A stretch of DNA of 64,000 nt from an uncultured Thermoplasmata archaeon (lineage in GTDB: Archaea > Thermoplasmatota > Thermoplasmata > RBG-16-68-12). Position numbers and translations under genes: made by a program. Location: positions 416,001-480,000 of the forward strand of contig CAVYJM010000006.1 of assembly GCA_963768855.1 (NCBI GenBank). Direction: 5' to 3'. Under the pieces are notes generated by a model. It searched no databases. It worked only from the letters and a program-made list of their open reading frames with translations, and was not told the origin of the DNA. Shown here one piece after another: positions 38,330-48,900 of the stretch. The first letter of the stretch is position 1. Each line of letters begins with the position of its first letter.

Positions 38330-40024
38330 TCAGCAGGTCCCGTCGCAGCCCCAGGCGATCCAGTAGGCCTGGGCGTAGCCGTCGTCGTACAACTTGATGA
38401 ACGGCGACTCCCCGAACTTGGCGATGGCGGCCGGCGACATGGGCATCGCGGGCTCCCACACGCGCAGCTCGACGCCCTGCGTCTCCGTCTGGTCCAGCCA
38501 GACGACGCTCACGTTCTGCACGCCGGACGGCGCGCCCACGCCCACGAGCCCGGGTCTCGCGTCCGCGAACGTCGCCGCGAAGAACGGAGCCACGGTGGTG
38601 TCCCAGGTCGCGTTCACTCCACTGAACCCGAAGAGGTTCGTGGAGGCCATGTGGTCCGCCGCCACGAGGCCCGCCAGGTGTCCGTCTGCCCAGTAGACCC
38701 CGTTCATCGCCATCGGCTCCGTGGACTCGTTCCACCCTGCCACGAAGCTTGGCGGCGGGATGGCAAACGCGAAGTTCCCCGCGAGGAGGGCGCAGCCCGC
38801 GGCGACCGCCGCCATGCGGCGCAGTCGTGTCGGTGAGGCGAGGTCCAGGATCCGGAAGAACCCGACGCCCGCGAGGATCGCGACGGGGACGACGAGGTAT
38901 TCGACGTGGCGGTAGGGGATGAGGACCCGCGTCGCGACGACGCTCCCCGCCAGCGCGGAGGCCGAGAGGACGAGGAACCAGGCCGGGGTCGCGCTGCCGG
39001 TCGACAGGAAGTCGAAGAACTTCCGGCCCGCCGAGGAGAAGGCGACGAGGATGAGAAGCGGGGCGAAGTCGACGAGGACGACGGGCGGGAGGGCGACCGA
39101 AGTTCCCGGCACCGCACCGAAGATGGTCGCCGCGGCGAGTCCATAGACGAAGGCCAGCGCGAGGCCGAACATGGTCACGGAGTGTCGCAGGTCCGGATAC
39201 CGCGGCCGATACCGCCACGCCACGCGGCGGCGTGCGATTACGAGGAGCGCGAGGAGCATTAGGAGTCCCGCGAACGCGACGAACAGGAGCCACCAAGGCT
39301 GGATGTTCACATCCACCAGGATGTTGTCGCGGAACGGAATCGCGTATCCGAACCAGCATGCGAACGTGGCGACCAGGAGGAACCCGGCGTATCCGACCTC
39401 CCTCCGGGCTGCGGCGTTCCATTCGAACGGCCGGATCAGGCCCCGGAGCACGAGCGTGCTGAGGACCATGAGGATGAGGAAGTACGTGCTCAGATGGTGG
39501 GTCGTGACGAGCGCGGCCGTGACGAGGACGAGCGGCAGCATGACGCGCGGGTCCCGGCGGAGCCGGACGAACAGGAGGAGCGCTGTGAACGCCAGGAGGT
39601 CCCCCAGCGTGGCGGGAGCCGTGTGGGAGGTCGCGTAGACGTGCGGCATGACGCCCGCGACGAACGCGGCGACAAAGAGGGCGACCCGGTCATCGCGGAG
39701 GACCTCCCCGGTGAGCAGGAAGAGGGGGAGGATCGCGAGCGCGCCGAGAATCGGGACGAGGAGGTTCAGGACGGTCGGCAGGTCGAGCCCGCCCAGCTGG
39801 ACGAGCGCGTCTTGGGCGAAGAACATCCCGGGGAACCAGGGGTAGGTGCTTCCCCATCCGACGTAGTGGGTGGGCACGGCACCGCGGAGCGAGAGGGTGC
39901 GGAGAATTCCAAAGTACTCCCCGAAGTCGGAGCCCCAGTAGAGGGACGTCAGCAGCGGCGAGAGCCGGATCACGATCGCGGCGACGACGATCGCCGCGAG
40001 GGCGAGGGCCGTGGACCTCCTCAC
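38330..40024 (-). CDS. Polytopic membrane protein, GT-C-like
   Basis: About 13 TM helices, YWGSDFGEY acidic loop after TM1, soluble C-terminal domain; adjacent to GT genes. Confidence 0.65.
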   Translation of the reverse strand: MRRSTALALAAIVVAAIVIRLSPLLTSLYWGSDFGEYFGILRTLSLRGAVPTHYVGWGSTYPWFPGMFFAQDALVQLGGLDLPTVLNLLVPILGALAILPLFLLTGEVLRDDRVALFVAAFVAGVMPHVYATSHTAPATLGDLLAFTALLLFVRLRRDPRVMLPLVLVTAALVTTHHLSTYFLILMVLSTLVLRGLIRPFEWNAAARREVGYAGFLLVATFACWFGYAIPFRDNILVDVNIQPWWLLFVAFAGLLMLLALLVIARRRVAWRYRPRYPDLRHSVTMFGLALAFVYGLAAATIFGAVPGTSVALPPVVLVDFAPLLILVAFSSAGRKFFDFLSTGSATPAWFLVLSASALAGSVVATRVLIPYRHVEYLVVPVAILAGVGFFRILDLASPTRLRRMAAVAAGCALLAGNFAFAIPPPSFVAGWNESTEPMAMNGVYWADGHLAGLVAADHMASTNLFGFSGVNATWDTTVAPFFAATFADARPGLVGVGAPSGVQNVSVVWLDQTETQGVELRVWEPAMPMSPAAIAKFGESPFIKLYDDGYAQAYWIAWGCDGTC

Positions 40025-40130
40025 TGCGCCGCCAACCGAGGCCGGCTACTTGAGCGTTGGCTCAGCCGTTTCCCGAGGCGGCTCCCGCGGACGAAAGGTA
40101 TTTGTCGGTCCGTCTTCTAGCCCGGCCCGC

Positions 40131-40460
40131 ATGACGCGCCGCTGCCCGCGCTGCTCCGCGGAACTCCCGGAGGACGCGGTCTGGGTCTGCCCGAGCTGCG
40201 ACTACACCCTCCGCACCCCGGCGGTCTCCAAGGTCGGAATCCTGTTCATGCTCCTCGGCCTCGTCCTCGTCGGCGCCTACGTCACCGGTCCGGACAGCCT
40301 CGGCCTGACGTCGGGCCTCATGCCCACCGACCTCGCGAAGCTCCTCATCGCGAACTTCGCCGCGATGGTCGTCGGCACGTTCGCCTTCGGGATGTTCCTC
40401 ATGTTCGTGGGGGCGCTCTTCGTGCGCCGCGAACGGAACCGGGTCGAGGCCGCCGCCTAG
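40131..40460 (+). CDS. Zn-ribbon plus two-TM small membrane protein
   Basis: CPRC...VCPSC followed by two hydrophobic helices. Confidence 0.72.
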   Translation: MTRRCPRCSAELPEDAVWVCPSCDYTLRTPAVSKVGILFMLLGLVLVGAYVTGPDSLGLTSGLMPTDLAKLLIANFAAMVVGTFAFGMFLMFVGALFVRRERNRVEAAA

Positions 40461-43400
40461 AAGAAGTCGTCGAGCTTCAGGTCCTGCGTCTTGTCGTTCG
40501 TGAAGAGCGAGGCGATCGCGTCCTCGATGAGGTCGATCCGCTGTCGCAGGTAGTTCGACACCTCGAACTGGCTGCTGATTTTCTTCGAGATCTCGAGGTA
40601 CTTCTTCACGGAGCTCTCGTGGACCGTCAGGGTGAGGTTGCCCCCGCACGCGAGGCATTTCCCGCGGAGGGGGATCCGGCGGAACTTCTCGCCGCACTTC
40701 GTGCAGCGCACGGACTGGCTCGAGAACGCCTTCAGGTTCCCGATCAGGTCGGGGAGGAAGTGGTGCACCACGATCCGGGCGACCACGTCGTTCGGGTCGA
40801 CCGCGCGGATCTTCAGCGCGAGCTCGAGCTGCTTGTCGATCTTCTCGACCATGGATCCCTCGCCGTACGCCGAGGCGAGCGGGCCCGCGGCCACGTTCGA
40901 GGTCTCATGCGTGTAGGAGAACCCCTCATACTGCAGGACCGTCCCGATCCGCTTGCTCACCGTGTCGATCAGGGGCTCGACCTCCTTCGGGTGCGCGAAG
41001 CGCTCGGCGGCCTGGTAGAGCGCGAGCGGATACATCGACATGAGATCGAGGTTGTGGGCCTCCTTGTCGATCTCGTTCGGATCGATGCGCATCGTGAGGA
41101 CGAGGGGCGCGTCCATGAGTCCGCCTCGCTTGTCCGGGAGGAACGAGCGGGAGAAGTTGATCAGGCTGTCCAGGAGGAGGATGAGGGAATCCTCGTCCCC
41201 GTCGCAGTTACGGCGGCGGGCGGCGATCATGTAGGGATGCGCGAAGCACGCCTGGGCCTTCGTGAAGCCGACGATCCGCGCGAGGACGCCTCCGCTCGTG
41301 TGCGGGGCGAGGGTCACGACGAGCTGGCCCAGGAGGTCCTCGAGGGTCTGCGCGTTGTAGAACCGCGGGAGCCCGTAGTACTTCTCGAGGAGATCGTCTA
41401 CGAAGGCGGCGACCTGCAGGAGGTAGGTCCCGCAGCTGTCCGCGATGAGCACGTCCTGGGTCCGGAGCTCGAGCACTTGGTCTTCCCGCTCCAGCGGATT
41501 CCCGTGGGTGTCCCGCTCGTAGCCAAGCCTGCGCGCGCTCTCCACCGTGATGGCCGCCTCGGCAGGGGTGAAGTGCGTGAGGGGAAGGTTCGTCATGTCG
41601 TACCGGGTCGTGCCGTCCTTGAAGACGAAAATCTCGTGCTTCGCGCGGAGGATGCCCTTCTCGAGGGGCTCGGGCGTCTTCTGCCGCGAGATCATCCCCA
41701 TGACCGCCTTGATCTCCGGGGCCTTCGTCTCGCCGAGCCGGTCTAGGGCGAGCCGAAGCACATCGGCGAGGGGGATCTTCTGGCGCGCGGGCAGGCCCCG
41801 CGGGACCGTGTGGCCCCCGCAGGAGCACTCGGGGAGGAACCAGCGCTTGCCGCAGCGCGTGCACACGCGCAGGCCGACCTCGACCTCGAGGGCGCCCTTC
41901 TCGACCGCTTCGGAGACGAGGCGCTGGGCGCCGCCCTCATGCCCAATCGGGAACAGGGAGTGCGGCGCGGGCTGCATCTTCCGAGGGGCGGCCTTCTCGG
42001 GACGGGCCATGCGGGCGCCGATCCGCGTCGGGCCCCGGGCCTTCACTGGGAAGCCCGCGAGGGACGACACGAACGCGAGCGGGTCCGCCGCCGTGGGGTC
42101 GTCCCGCAGGACGAGTTGTGCCTCCTTCTTGTCGATGCCAAGGCACGCGAGGACCGGTTCGGAGTGGCGTTCCAGGACCACGCGGCCTTCCTTCAGGGAG
42201 AAGGGCGCGCCGAGGCGCACGAGGAGCTCTCGCATGTCCTCGTCCGGCGGGAGGCTGATTCGGTCGCCGACCCACGTGGCCTGGCCCGCGATGAATCGCC
42301 GCAGGGTGCGGAGCTCTTCGATCGTCAGGTCGTGCCAGAACAGGTTGTACCGGGGATGGAGGGGGATGCCATGGCGGCGCGACCAGTCCAGCGCCTGGGC
42401 CGCATCCACATCCGTCCACCCCTCCGGGAGGGCGGTGAGCTTCTCCTGGAGCAGCTGCCCGTACCACTCGAGGGAGAACGCCCCGGGCATCAGCACGTGG
42501 TTGTTCTCGAGAAACTCGCCGAACGGGATCAGGATCTCTCCCAGGTCCGCGATGACACGGACCTCCGGCGCGAGGCGCTTCGCCGTCGCCGCGTCGTCAA
42601 CCTCGACGAAGTCTCCGGACTTCAGGACCACGAGGGGTCCCTCCAGCCGGTCGCACGAGGTGATTGCGCCGGCCTTGCCCGGCCGTTCCGTCTTGACCTG
42701 CGTGCCGATGGCGATGAAGTCATCGAGGATGTGCATCGTTGCGGGGTGCATTGCGAGGGCCGCGAGCCCGGTCGCGCGCGTCCGGCCGTAGCGGAGCCGG
42801 AGCCCCCCCGCGCGGCTGGGATGGCACAGGACCGGGCGGCCCGCGATGATGTTCTGGATGAACTTCTCGTTCGGCTCCACGCCGATGTCGTCCTTCATGT
42901 CCTCCGGATGGGTCGCCTTGCCGGTCAGGTAGGCGTCGATGAACTCCCAGCCATCGATCTTTAGTTTCTTCACATGTTTCTGGATCTTGGGCGCCTTGAG
43001 ACACAGGCCGTCTGCGATGACGAGGCACGCGCCGCCCCGGATCCGGTTCGTCTCGATCCGCGGGAGATCGCGGTAGCCGCTGATCTCGGCCTCCTCGGTC
43101 CCTTCGCCGTTGAGGCCCACAGGGCAGTTCGACACGATGAGGGTGATTTCCTCGTCGGAGGGCGTGTACTGCAGGTGTTGGATCTGCTTGTAGAGCGGGA
43201 TCTCCTCCTTGAAACGCTCGACCTCCTCGCGGGTCGGCTGGTAGCGTCCGATGCCGAGCTCGCGGCGGACGATGTCCGCGATGAGCACGCTCAGAGCCTG
43301 CCCCGTCCCGCCCGCGGACCGGATCGGTCCGGCGTAGAACAGGTCCACGTAGCTCGAGCCGTCGCGATTCTTCTTCACCTTCACGCCCGCGAGGCCTTCG

Positions 43401-43765
43401 AGGGGCGCGACGAGGATCCCTTCCGTCAGGATCGCGAGCCCGACGCGGACCGCGCGGTCCACGGCCTTCTCTTTGTTCGGGGCGGGCCGCTGGGCCATCT
43501 CCTTGGCGACCAGGATCGCGAGCTCCTCCCGGTCGTGGCGCTTCGCGAGTTCCCGGATGCGCCGCGCGACCCCTTCGACGTCGTACTCGTGCAGGAGCCG
43601 CTCCACGCGGGAGGCGAGGTCGTCCGTCAGGGGGATCTCCACGTCGAGTTCCGGGTCGAACCCCTTGGCCCGAGCTGCGCGGGCGACGCGGTAACTCGAC
43701 TCGACGCCGTCCTGCAGCTTTTGGAAGTAGGACCGCACGTCTTCCGATGCAATCGGAGAACTCAT
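40457..43765 (-). CDS. polC: DNA polymerase D large subunit DP2 (no intein seen)
   Basis: YAGPIRSAGGT, GG.RLRYGR, RIGARMARPEKA, FKDGTTRYD, RRNCDGDEDS, C-terminal CTKC..CLAC; start MSSPIAS at 43765. Confidence 0.97.
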   Translation of the reverse strand: MSSPIASEDVRSYFQKLQDGVESSYRVARAARAKGFDPELDVEIPLTDDLASRVERLLHEYDVEGVARRIRELAKRHDREELAILVAKEMAQRPAPNKEKAVDRAVRVGLAILTEGILVAPLEGLAGVKVKKNRDGSSYVDLFYAGPIRSAGGTGQALSVLIADIVRRELGIGRYQPTREEVERFKEEIPLYKQIQHLQYTPSDEEITLIVSNCPVGLNGEGTEEAEISGYRDLPRIETNRIRGGACLVIADGLCLKAPKIQKHVKKLKIDGWEFIDAYLTGKATHPEDMKDDIGVEPNEKFIQNIIAGRPVLCHPSRAGGLRLRYGRTRATGLAALAMHPATMHILDDFIAIGTQVKTERPGKAGAITSCDRLEGPLVVLKSGDFVEVDDAATAKRLAPEVRVIADLGEILIPFGEFLENNHVLMPGAFSLEWYGQLLQEKLTALPEGWTDVDAAQALDWSRRHGIPLHPRYNLFWHDLTIEELRTLRRFIAGQATWVGDRISLPPDEDMRELLVRLGAPFSLKEGRVVLERHSEPVLACLGIDKKEAQLVLRDDPTAADPLAFVSSLAGFPVKARGPTRIGARMARPEKAAPRKMQPAPHSLFPIGHEGGAQRLVSEAVEKGALEVEVGLRVCTRCGKRWFLPECSCGGHTVPRGLPARQKIPLADVLRLALDRLGETKAPEIKAVMGMISRQKTPEPLEKGILRAKHEIFVFKDGTTRYDMTNLPLTHFTPAEAAITVESARRLGYERDTHGNPLEREDQVLELRTQDVLIADSCGTYLLQVAAFVDDLLEKYYGLPRFYNAQTLEDLLGQLVVTLAPHTSGGVLARIVGFTKAQACFAHPYMIAARRRNCDGDEDSLILLLDSLINFSRSFLPDKRGGLMDAPLVLTMRIDPNEIDKEAHNLDLMSMYPLALYQAAERFAHPKEVEPLIDTVSKRIGTVLQYEGFSYTHETSNVAAGPLASAYGEGSMVEKIDKQLELALKIRAVDPNDVVARIVVHHFLPDLIGNLKAFSSQSVRCTKCGEKFRRIPLRGKCLACGGNLTLTVHESSVKKYLEISKKISSQFEVSNYLRQRIDLIEDAIASLFTNDKTQDLKLDDFF

Positions 43766-43895
43766 CCCGATCCCTTCAAGAAGGCGACGCGGGCGGCCGT
43801 ATCCCCGGGTCGTGTATATCTCTTTTGTACGTGCGTTGCGCCTGGCCGTCGGCAGTCGCCGTGAACGGCCGAGCAAGTTTATTCCCGACGACGGT

Positions 43896-44246
43896 GTGCC
43901 ACAAACCGTGCTCGAGGTGAAGGACGCGAAGGCGTTCCGGGCCCAAGTCCTCGAGGCGAAGGAGCCGACGGTCGTCCTGTTCTGGGCGACCTGGTGCCCG
44001 TTCTGTCGAAGGTACAAGCCCGAGTTCGACAAGCTCGCGGCCCAGCGACCGTGGCGCTTCGCGAGCGTCTACCTCGACGACGAGTCGAACCCCCTCTGGG
44101 ACGACTACGCGGTCGACGTGGTCCCGACCCTCGCTCTGTTCCGCGCCGGCCAACTCGTCGACCGGCAGGATGGCATCCTCGGATACGGCATCGACCGCAA
44201 GGCGACGGACGCCTTCGCGACGCGCGTCGCCCCCGGGCTCTCCTGA
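43896..44246 (+). CDS. Thioredoxin
   Basis: FWATWCPFC, VVPTL.LF..G; GTG start inferred. Confidence 0.9.
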   Translation: MPQTVLEVKDAKAFRAQVLEAKEPTVVLFWATWCPFCRRYKPEFDKLAAQRPWRFASVYLDDESNPLWDDYAVDVVPTLALFRAGQLVDRQDGILGYGIDRKATDAFATRVAPGLS

Positions 44247-44313
44247 GCCATGCCTCTCAACCCCGATTCTCAGGTCGGCACGCTTTTAATGCACATCCCT
44301 CGATGGAAACGCC

Positions 44314-45183
44314 GTGCGCAAGATTAAGAGCGGAATCTATGGGCTGAACCCGCTCTTGGACGGCGGCATGAACGAGAACTCGACCACCGTCGTGATCGGC
44401 CGCTCGGGCGCGGGCAAGACGACGCTCGCGACGCAGTTCATCCGCCGCGGACTGCAGGACGGCCAGGAAGGCGTGTTCGTCTCTCTCGACGAGAACAAGG
44501 ACCAAATCATCCGCGAAGCGGTCGAGATGGGCTGGTCCGACATCCTCGATTTCCTGGACGACGAGCTCCTCGTCTTCATCGACGCCTCGGGCCGCGAGTT
44601 CTCCAACTTCATCCGCAAGGAACTCCCGGCGTTCGTCGCGGACTGGAAGGGGAGCAACGCGCGGATCGCGATCGACCCGCTCACCCCGGTCATGTGGGCC
44701 ACGAAGGACCTGTACGAGCAGCGCGATCTGATCGGGTTCATGCTCAAGGAGACCCGCAAGGTCGGCACGGTCCTCTGCACCCTCGAGGAACACGGCGCCA
44801 CGGACCTCACCGGCCCGGAGACCGTGATCCCAATGTACCTCGCGGACTGCGTGATCCACCTTCGGTTCGACCACGGGGCCACGAAGCATACGCGGGAGCT
44901 GCAGATCATCAAGTGCCGGAACAGCCGACACGACCAGGAACCCCATCCCTACGAGATCCTCCGGGGCCTCGGGATCGTCCTCGAGGGCGTCGAGGCGCGC
45001 CGCCCCGCGACGGCCAAGGTGCCGTCCCAGCTCCGCCAGATGCTCCTGACTCGCGCCCTCCCCAAGGACGTGCGCGAGCGGCTCGAGAAGTCGCTCGACG
45101 GGCTCACGGACCAGGACTTCCAGGCCCTCAAGCCCGAACAGGTCCTCGAGCTGATCCTCCAGGAGTATCAGACGGGAGGCTGA
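44314..45183 (+). CDS. KaiC/RAD55-like RecA-superfamily ATPase with C-terminal helical extension
   Basis: IKSGIYGLNPLLDGG, GRSGAGKT, FVSLDE, RIAIDPL, LQIIKCRNSRH. Confidence 0.88.
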   Translation: MRKIKSGIYGLNPLLDGGMNENSTTVVIGRSGAGKTTLATQFIRRGLQDGQEGVFVSLDENKDQIIREAVEMGWSDILDFLDDELLVFIDASGREFSNFIRKELPAFVADWKGSNARIAIDPLTPVMWATKDLYEQRDLIGFMLKETRKVGTVLCTLEEHGATDLTGPETVIPMYLADCVIHLRFDHGATKHTRELQIIKCRNSRHDQEPHPYEILRGLGIVLEGVEARRPATAKVPSQLRQMLLTRALPKDVRERLEKSLDGLTDQDFQALKPEQVLELILQEYQTGG

Positions 45184-45184
45184 C

Positions 45185-45880
45185 ATGGCGCGGGGGTTGG
45201 GGCGGGCCCTCCAGACCGTGCTCGCGCAGGAGGGACCTGCCGAGAATCTGGAGATCGAGGGACCGAGCCTCGCGAACGCGAGGCGCCGGCAGGTCTTCCG
45301 GTACCTCTGTCTCCGCCCATGCGCCCGCGTCGGGGAGATCGGCCGGGTCCTCGGTATGTCCCACGCGACGGTCCGGTGGCACGAGCGGGACCTCCTCGAG
45401 AACGGCTACCTCGAGTTCGACACATCGCGCGTATTCCCCCGAGGGCTCATCGATCCGGAGGACGCGGGTCTCTTCGCGCTCCTGGCCGCACCGGGCCGTT
45501 CCCGCCTCCTGATGGCCTGTTACTCGGAGCCCGGGATCTCCCTCCTTGAGCTCGCGAAGGTCGTCGACCTCTCCCGGCAGAGCTCGAGCAAGATCGCCTC
45601 GGAATTCGGCGACGCCGGGCTCGTGACGCTCGTGGAGGACGGACGGTTCCGGCGGCACTATCCGACGGACCTCCTCGCACGGAAGCGCGTGGCGAACCGG
45701 CCCCGCGCCAAGGCGTTCGCCGAGGCATTCGTGAGGCGGCTCACAGACGAGGGTTTGTCGCCGGAGCCGCTTCGCGCGGACGAGTCCGTGATGATCGTTC
45801 GGTTCGGCTCGACCGCGAAGCGCGTCGTCTTGGATGTCCCGCTCGACCCGTACGTCACCGCGTGGAACGCCGAGCGTTGA
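45185..45880 (+). CDS. Tandem winged-helix regulator
   Basis: RRRQVFRYL...RVGEIGRVLGMSHATVRWH..L; second HTH PGISLLELAKVVDLSRQS; 1 bp after the KaiC stop. Confidence 0.82.
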   Translation: MARGLGRALQTVLAQEGPAENLEIEGPSLANARRRQVFRYLCLRPCARVGEIGRVLGMSHATVRWHERDLLENGYLEFDTSRVFPRGLIDPEDAGLFALLAAPGRSRLLMACYSEPGISLLELAKVVDLSRQSSSKIASEFGDAGLVTLVEDGRFRRHYPTDLLARKRVANRPRAKAFAEAFVRRLTDEGLSPEPLRADESVMIVRFGSTAKRVVLDVPLDPYVTAWNAER

Positions 45881-45965
45881 GCGAGACATGGTAACGGATT
45901 CGATACTAACCATGATACGCAGGATACAACGCCCTTAATGAGGGACGCCCAACGACTTGTCGAAC

Positions 45966-48900
45966 ATGGACGAGAGCTACCTCGAGTGGCTACGAGTTCT
46001 CCCCGGCTTCTCGACGGAGAAGGCCCGGAAGGTCGCGGAGCGGTTCCCGACCTTCGAGCACCTCCGCGCCGCCATGCCCGAGGAGCTCGCGTCCGTGGAG
46101 GGCCTCACCGCCTACGACCTCGAGGCCCTCCACCGCCTCGTGCGCGATCCCCGGGGCCGCGACGCGGACGGGCATCTCTTCCTCTGTCCGGAGTGCGGCT
46201 CCTTCGCCGGGCCGGCGTCCACGGAGTGCCCCTTCTGCGGCGTCTCCTTCGACGAGGCGGAGCAGGACGCCTCCGTCGAGGAGATCGATGCCTTCCTCAA
46301 GGACGAGGCGGACCCCGCCCTCCTCTGCACGGGCTGCGGCGCGGTCATGGCGCGCGGGTCCACCCGGTGCGACGTCTGCGGGCGCACCTACACCCCGCAG
46401 GAGGCGGCGATCCTTCCCGGCGTCGCCCCCGAGCTCGAGTCGCCTTCCCGGTTCTGCCCCCATTGCGGGGCCTACCTCTCCGCGGAGGTCCCGGAGTGCA
46501 GCGTCTGCGGATTCGACCGCCTCAAAGCTCCCGACGTGGCCGTGAACGGCCACAACGGCAAGGGCCTCGCGGAGGGCTTCCTGAGCCGCTGGCAGCGGGT
46601 CGCGGAGACGCCTGCGTGCACGGAGATGGACCGCCTCGGCGAAGAACTCCTGCAGTACGAGAAGATCCTCGAGGCGGACCCGGCCCTCGAGAAAGTCTGG
46701 GCGAAGCGCGGGCGCGTCCTCGCGAGGATGGGACGCGCGATCGAGGCGGCGGAGAGCCTCTCGAAGGCAGCGGAGCTGGAGCCCGCGAAGGACGAAGAAT
46801 ACCGCCTCGAGGTCCTGGACATACTGAAGGCCAAGGGCGACCTGTCCTTCCTGCCGCCCCGCTGGGGCGAGCCCCGCGCGACCGCCGCCCCGTCCGTCGG
46901 GGATGCGCGCCTGATCGAGGCGCTCCGCCACTACGAGGTCCTCCTCGAGCGGGACCCCGGGATTGTGGTCGCATGGCGGACGAAGGGCGAGATCCTCGAG
47001 CGCCTTGGGCGCGCGGACGAAGCCCGCGTCTGCTTGGAGCGGGCGGATTCCCTCGAGCGCCGGGAAGGCGACCTCCTGAAGGCCCGCGTCTCCGGCCTCC
47101 AGGCGCAAGGCATCGCCCCTTCCGCCTTCTCCCTCTCCGGCCGCACGAACGGCCTCGGTGCGGGTCACGTGAACGGCCGCACGAACGGTCGAACGAACGG
47201 GCGGGTCAACGGGCTCGCGGAAGGGCGCGTGAACGGCCTGACGAACGGCGCCGTGAACGGACTCGGCATGGGCCGCGGGGCGACGAACGGACTCGGTGGC
47301 TTCACGAACGGCCGGACGAACGGGCTCGTGAACGGGAACGGATTCACGAACGGCCGCCGCGGCCGGTACGGGCCCACGCGGATTCCCGCCCAGCCCCACT
47401 GGGCCCGGTCCCTCGTCGGGATCGCGGCGGTCGTGGCCCTCATGGTCCTCGTCCCCGTCCTCGCGAGCATCCTGTCCCCCTCCCCCGGCGCGTACGCGCC
47501 GATCGCGATCGACCACAACTTCGGCGAGTGGAACCGCTTCACGGCGTACGCGAACGCGCCCCCCACGAACCTGAACAACCCGGACATCAACCTCCTCGCG
47601 GTCAAGGTCACCACGGATCCCTCGAACCTCTACGTATACGCGAGGGTCCAGGGGCTCTTCTTCCAGGCCCCGTGGACGAACGGGACGGAGAGCCTCCTCG
47701 TCTTCGTCGACGCTGACCACAACCCGAACACAGGCTACCCCGTCGGGGGCCTGGGCGCGGACCTCCTGGCCGTGGTCACGGGCTGGGATGGCCAGATTCA
47801 GACCATGGGCCGCTACGTGTTCAACGAGACGGGCGTGGTCCGCTCGAACGACTTCCGTCGCTTCCTCTCCGCGGGCTCCGTGGACGCGGCGTTCCTCGGC
47901 GACCAGTCCGAGATGCGCATCCCCCTGGACACGGATCCGGCCCAGGCCCGCTTCCTCGTGTACGCGGCGGACAACCTCGGCAACCGGGACAGCATGGTCG
48001 GTCTGATCCAGCCCGCGCGGCCGACGATCGTCGTGTCCCAGACCACCGTGGCGCCCGACACGGTTCGCAGCCTCTCGAACCCCGTCCTCCGGGTCTCCCT
48101 CTCCGGGATGGGCGGCTCGCCCTCCCTCACCGCGCTCTCCCTCCTGCGACAGGGCACCTCCGCGGACCCCGCTAACGTCTCCCTGTACCAGGATGACGGG
48201 AGCGGGACCTTCAGCGCGAACGACCCGCTCCTCGCCACGGCCTCCTTGTCCACCCCGCTCACGCGCATCCCCCTGAACCTGAGCCTCGTCCGACCCGTGA
48301 CCATGTGGGCGGTCGTTAACTGGACGACCCTCACCGCCAACCGGACGTTCGGGCTCCAGGTCGCCGCGGCCGCGGGCAACGGCACGTCGAGCCTGACGCC
48401 TCCCGACACGAAGCTCGTGTACCTCGGTGGGGCGCCCGCGACGCCCACCGTGGACGGAGCCTTCGGGGACTGGAGCGGCCGGCCCTACGGCGTGGATCCG
48501 CTCGGTGATGTCGTGAACGGCACGAACAGCTACGTCTACAATGCGAACGTGGACCTGCTCGCCGTGGCCGTGGACCGCGCGGCGAACGTGACGGGCTATG
48601 CCCAGGTGGACGGCCGCATGCTCGGCGGCGAGGACATCCCGAACGAGGCGCAGCGGCCGAACCCGACCCCGCCGAACGGGACCCTCAGCAACGTGACCCC
48701 ACCGTACGTCCCCCAGGTCGGGTATGACGTCCTATACGCGTACATCGACGCGGACAACTCCTCCCTTACAGGCCTCCCGGCGTCCTCGGGGACCGCGGAC
48801 TTCGGGTTCGACTACGCCCTCGCGATCACCGGTCGGAACGGCACGGTCTCCTCGAGCGCTCTCTACCGCTACGCCCCAACTGCGAACGCGACGTGGCAGT

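Noticed and set aside
40457-44032. ORF-track N-terminal extensions of polC, RaSEA, the peptidase (50610-52349) and GNAT (19954-20892), or an intein in DP2
   Set aside because: The extensions run through promoters or opposite-strand genes. DP2 is normal length (about 1100 aa) with no intein motifs.
47145-47360. ACGAACGG repeats as a CRISPR array or replication origin
   Set aside because: In-frame coding repeats with no unique spacers; no cas or cdc6 genes and no ORB-like boxes.
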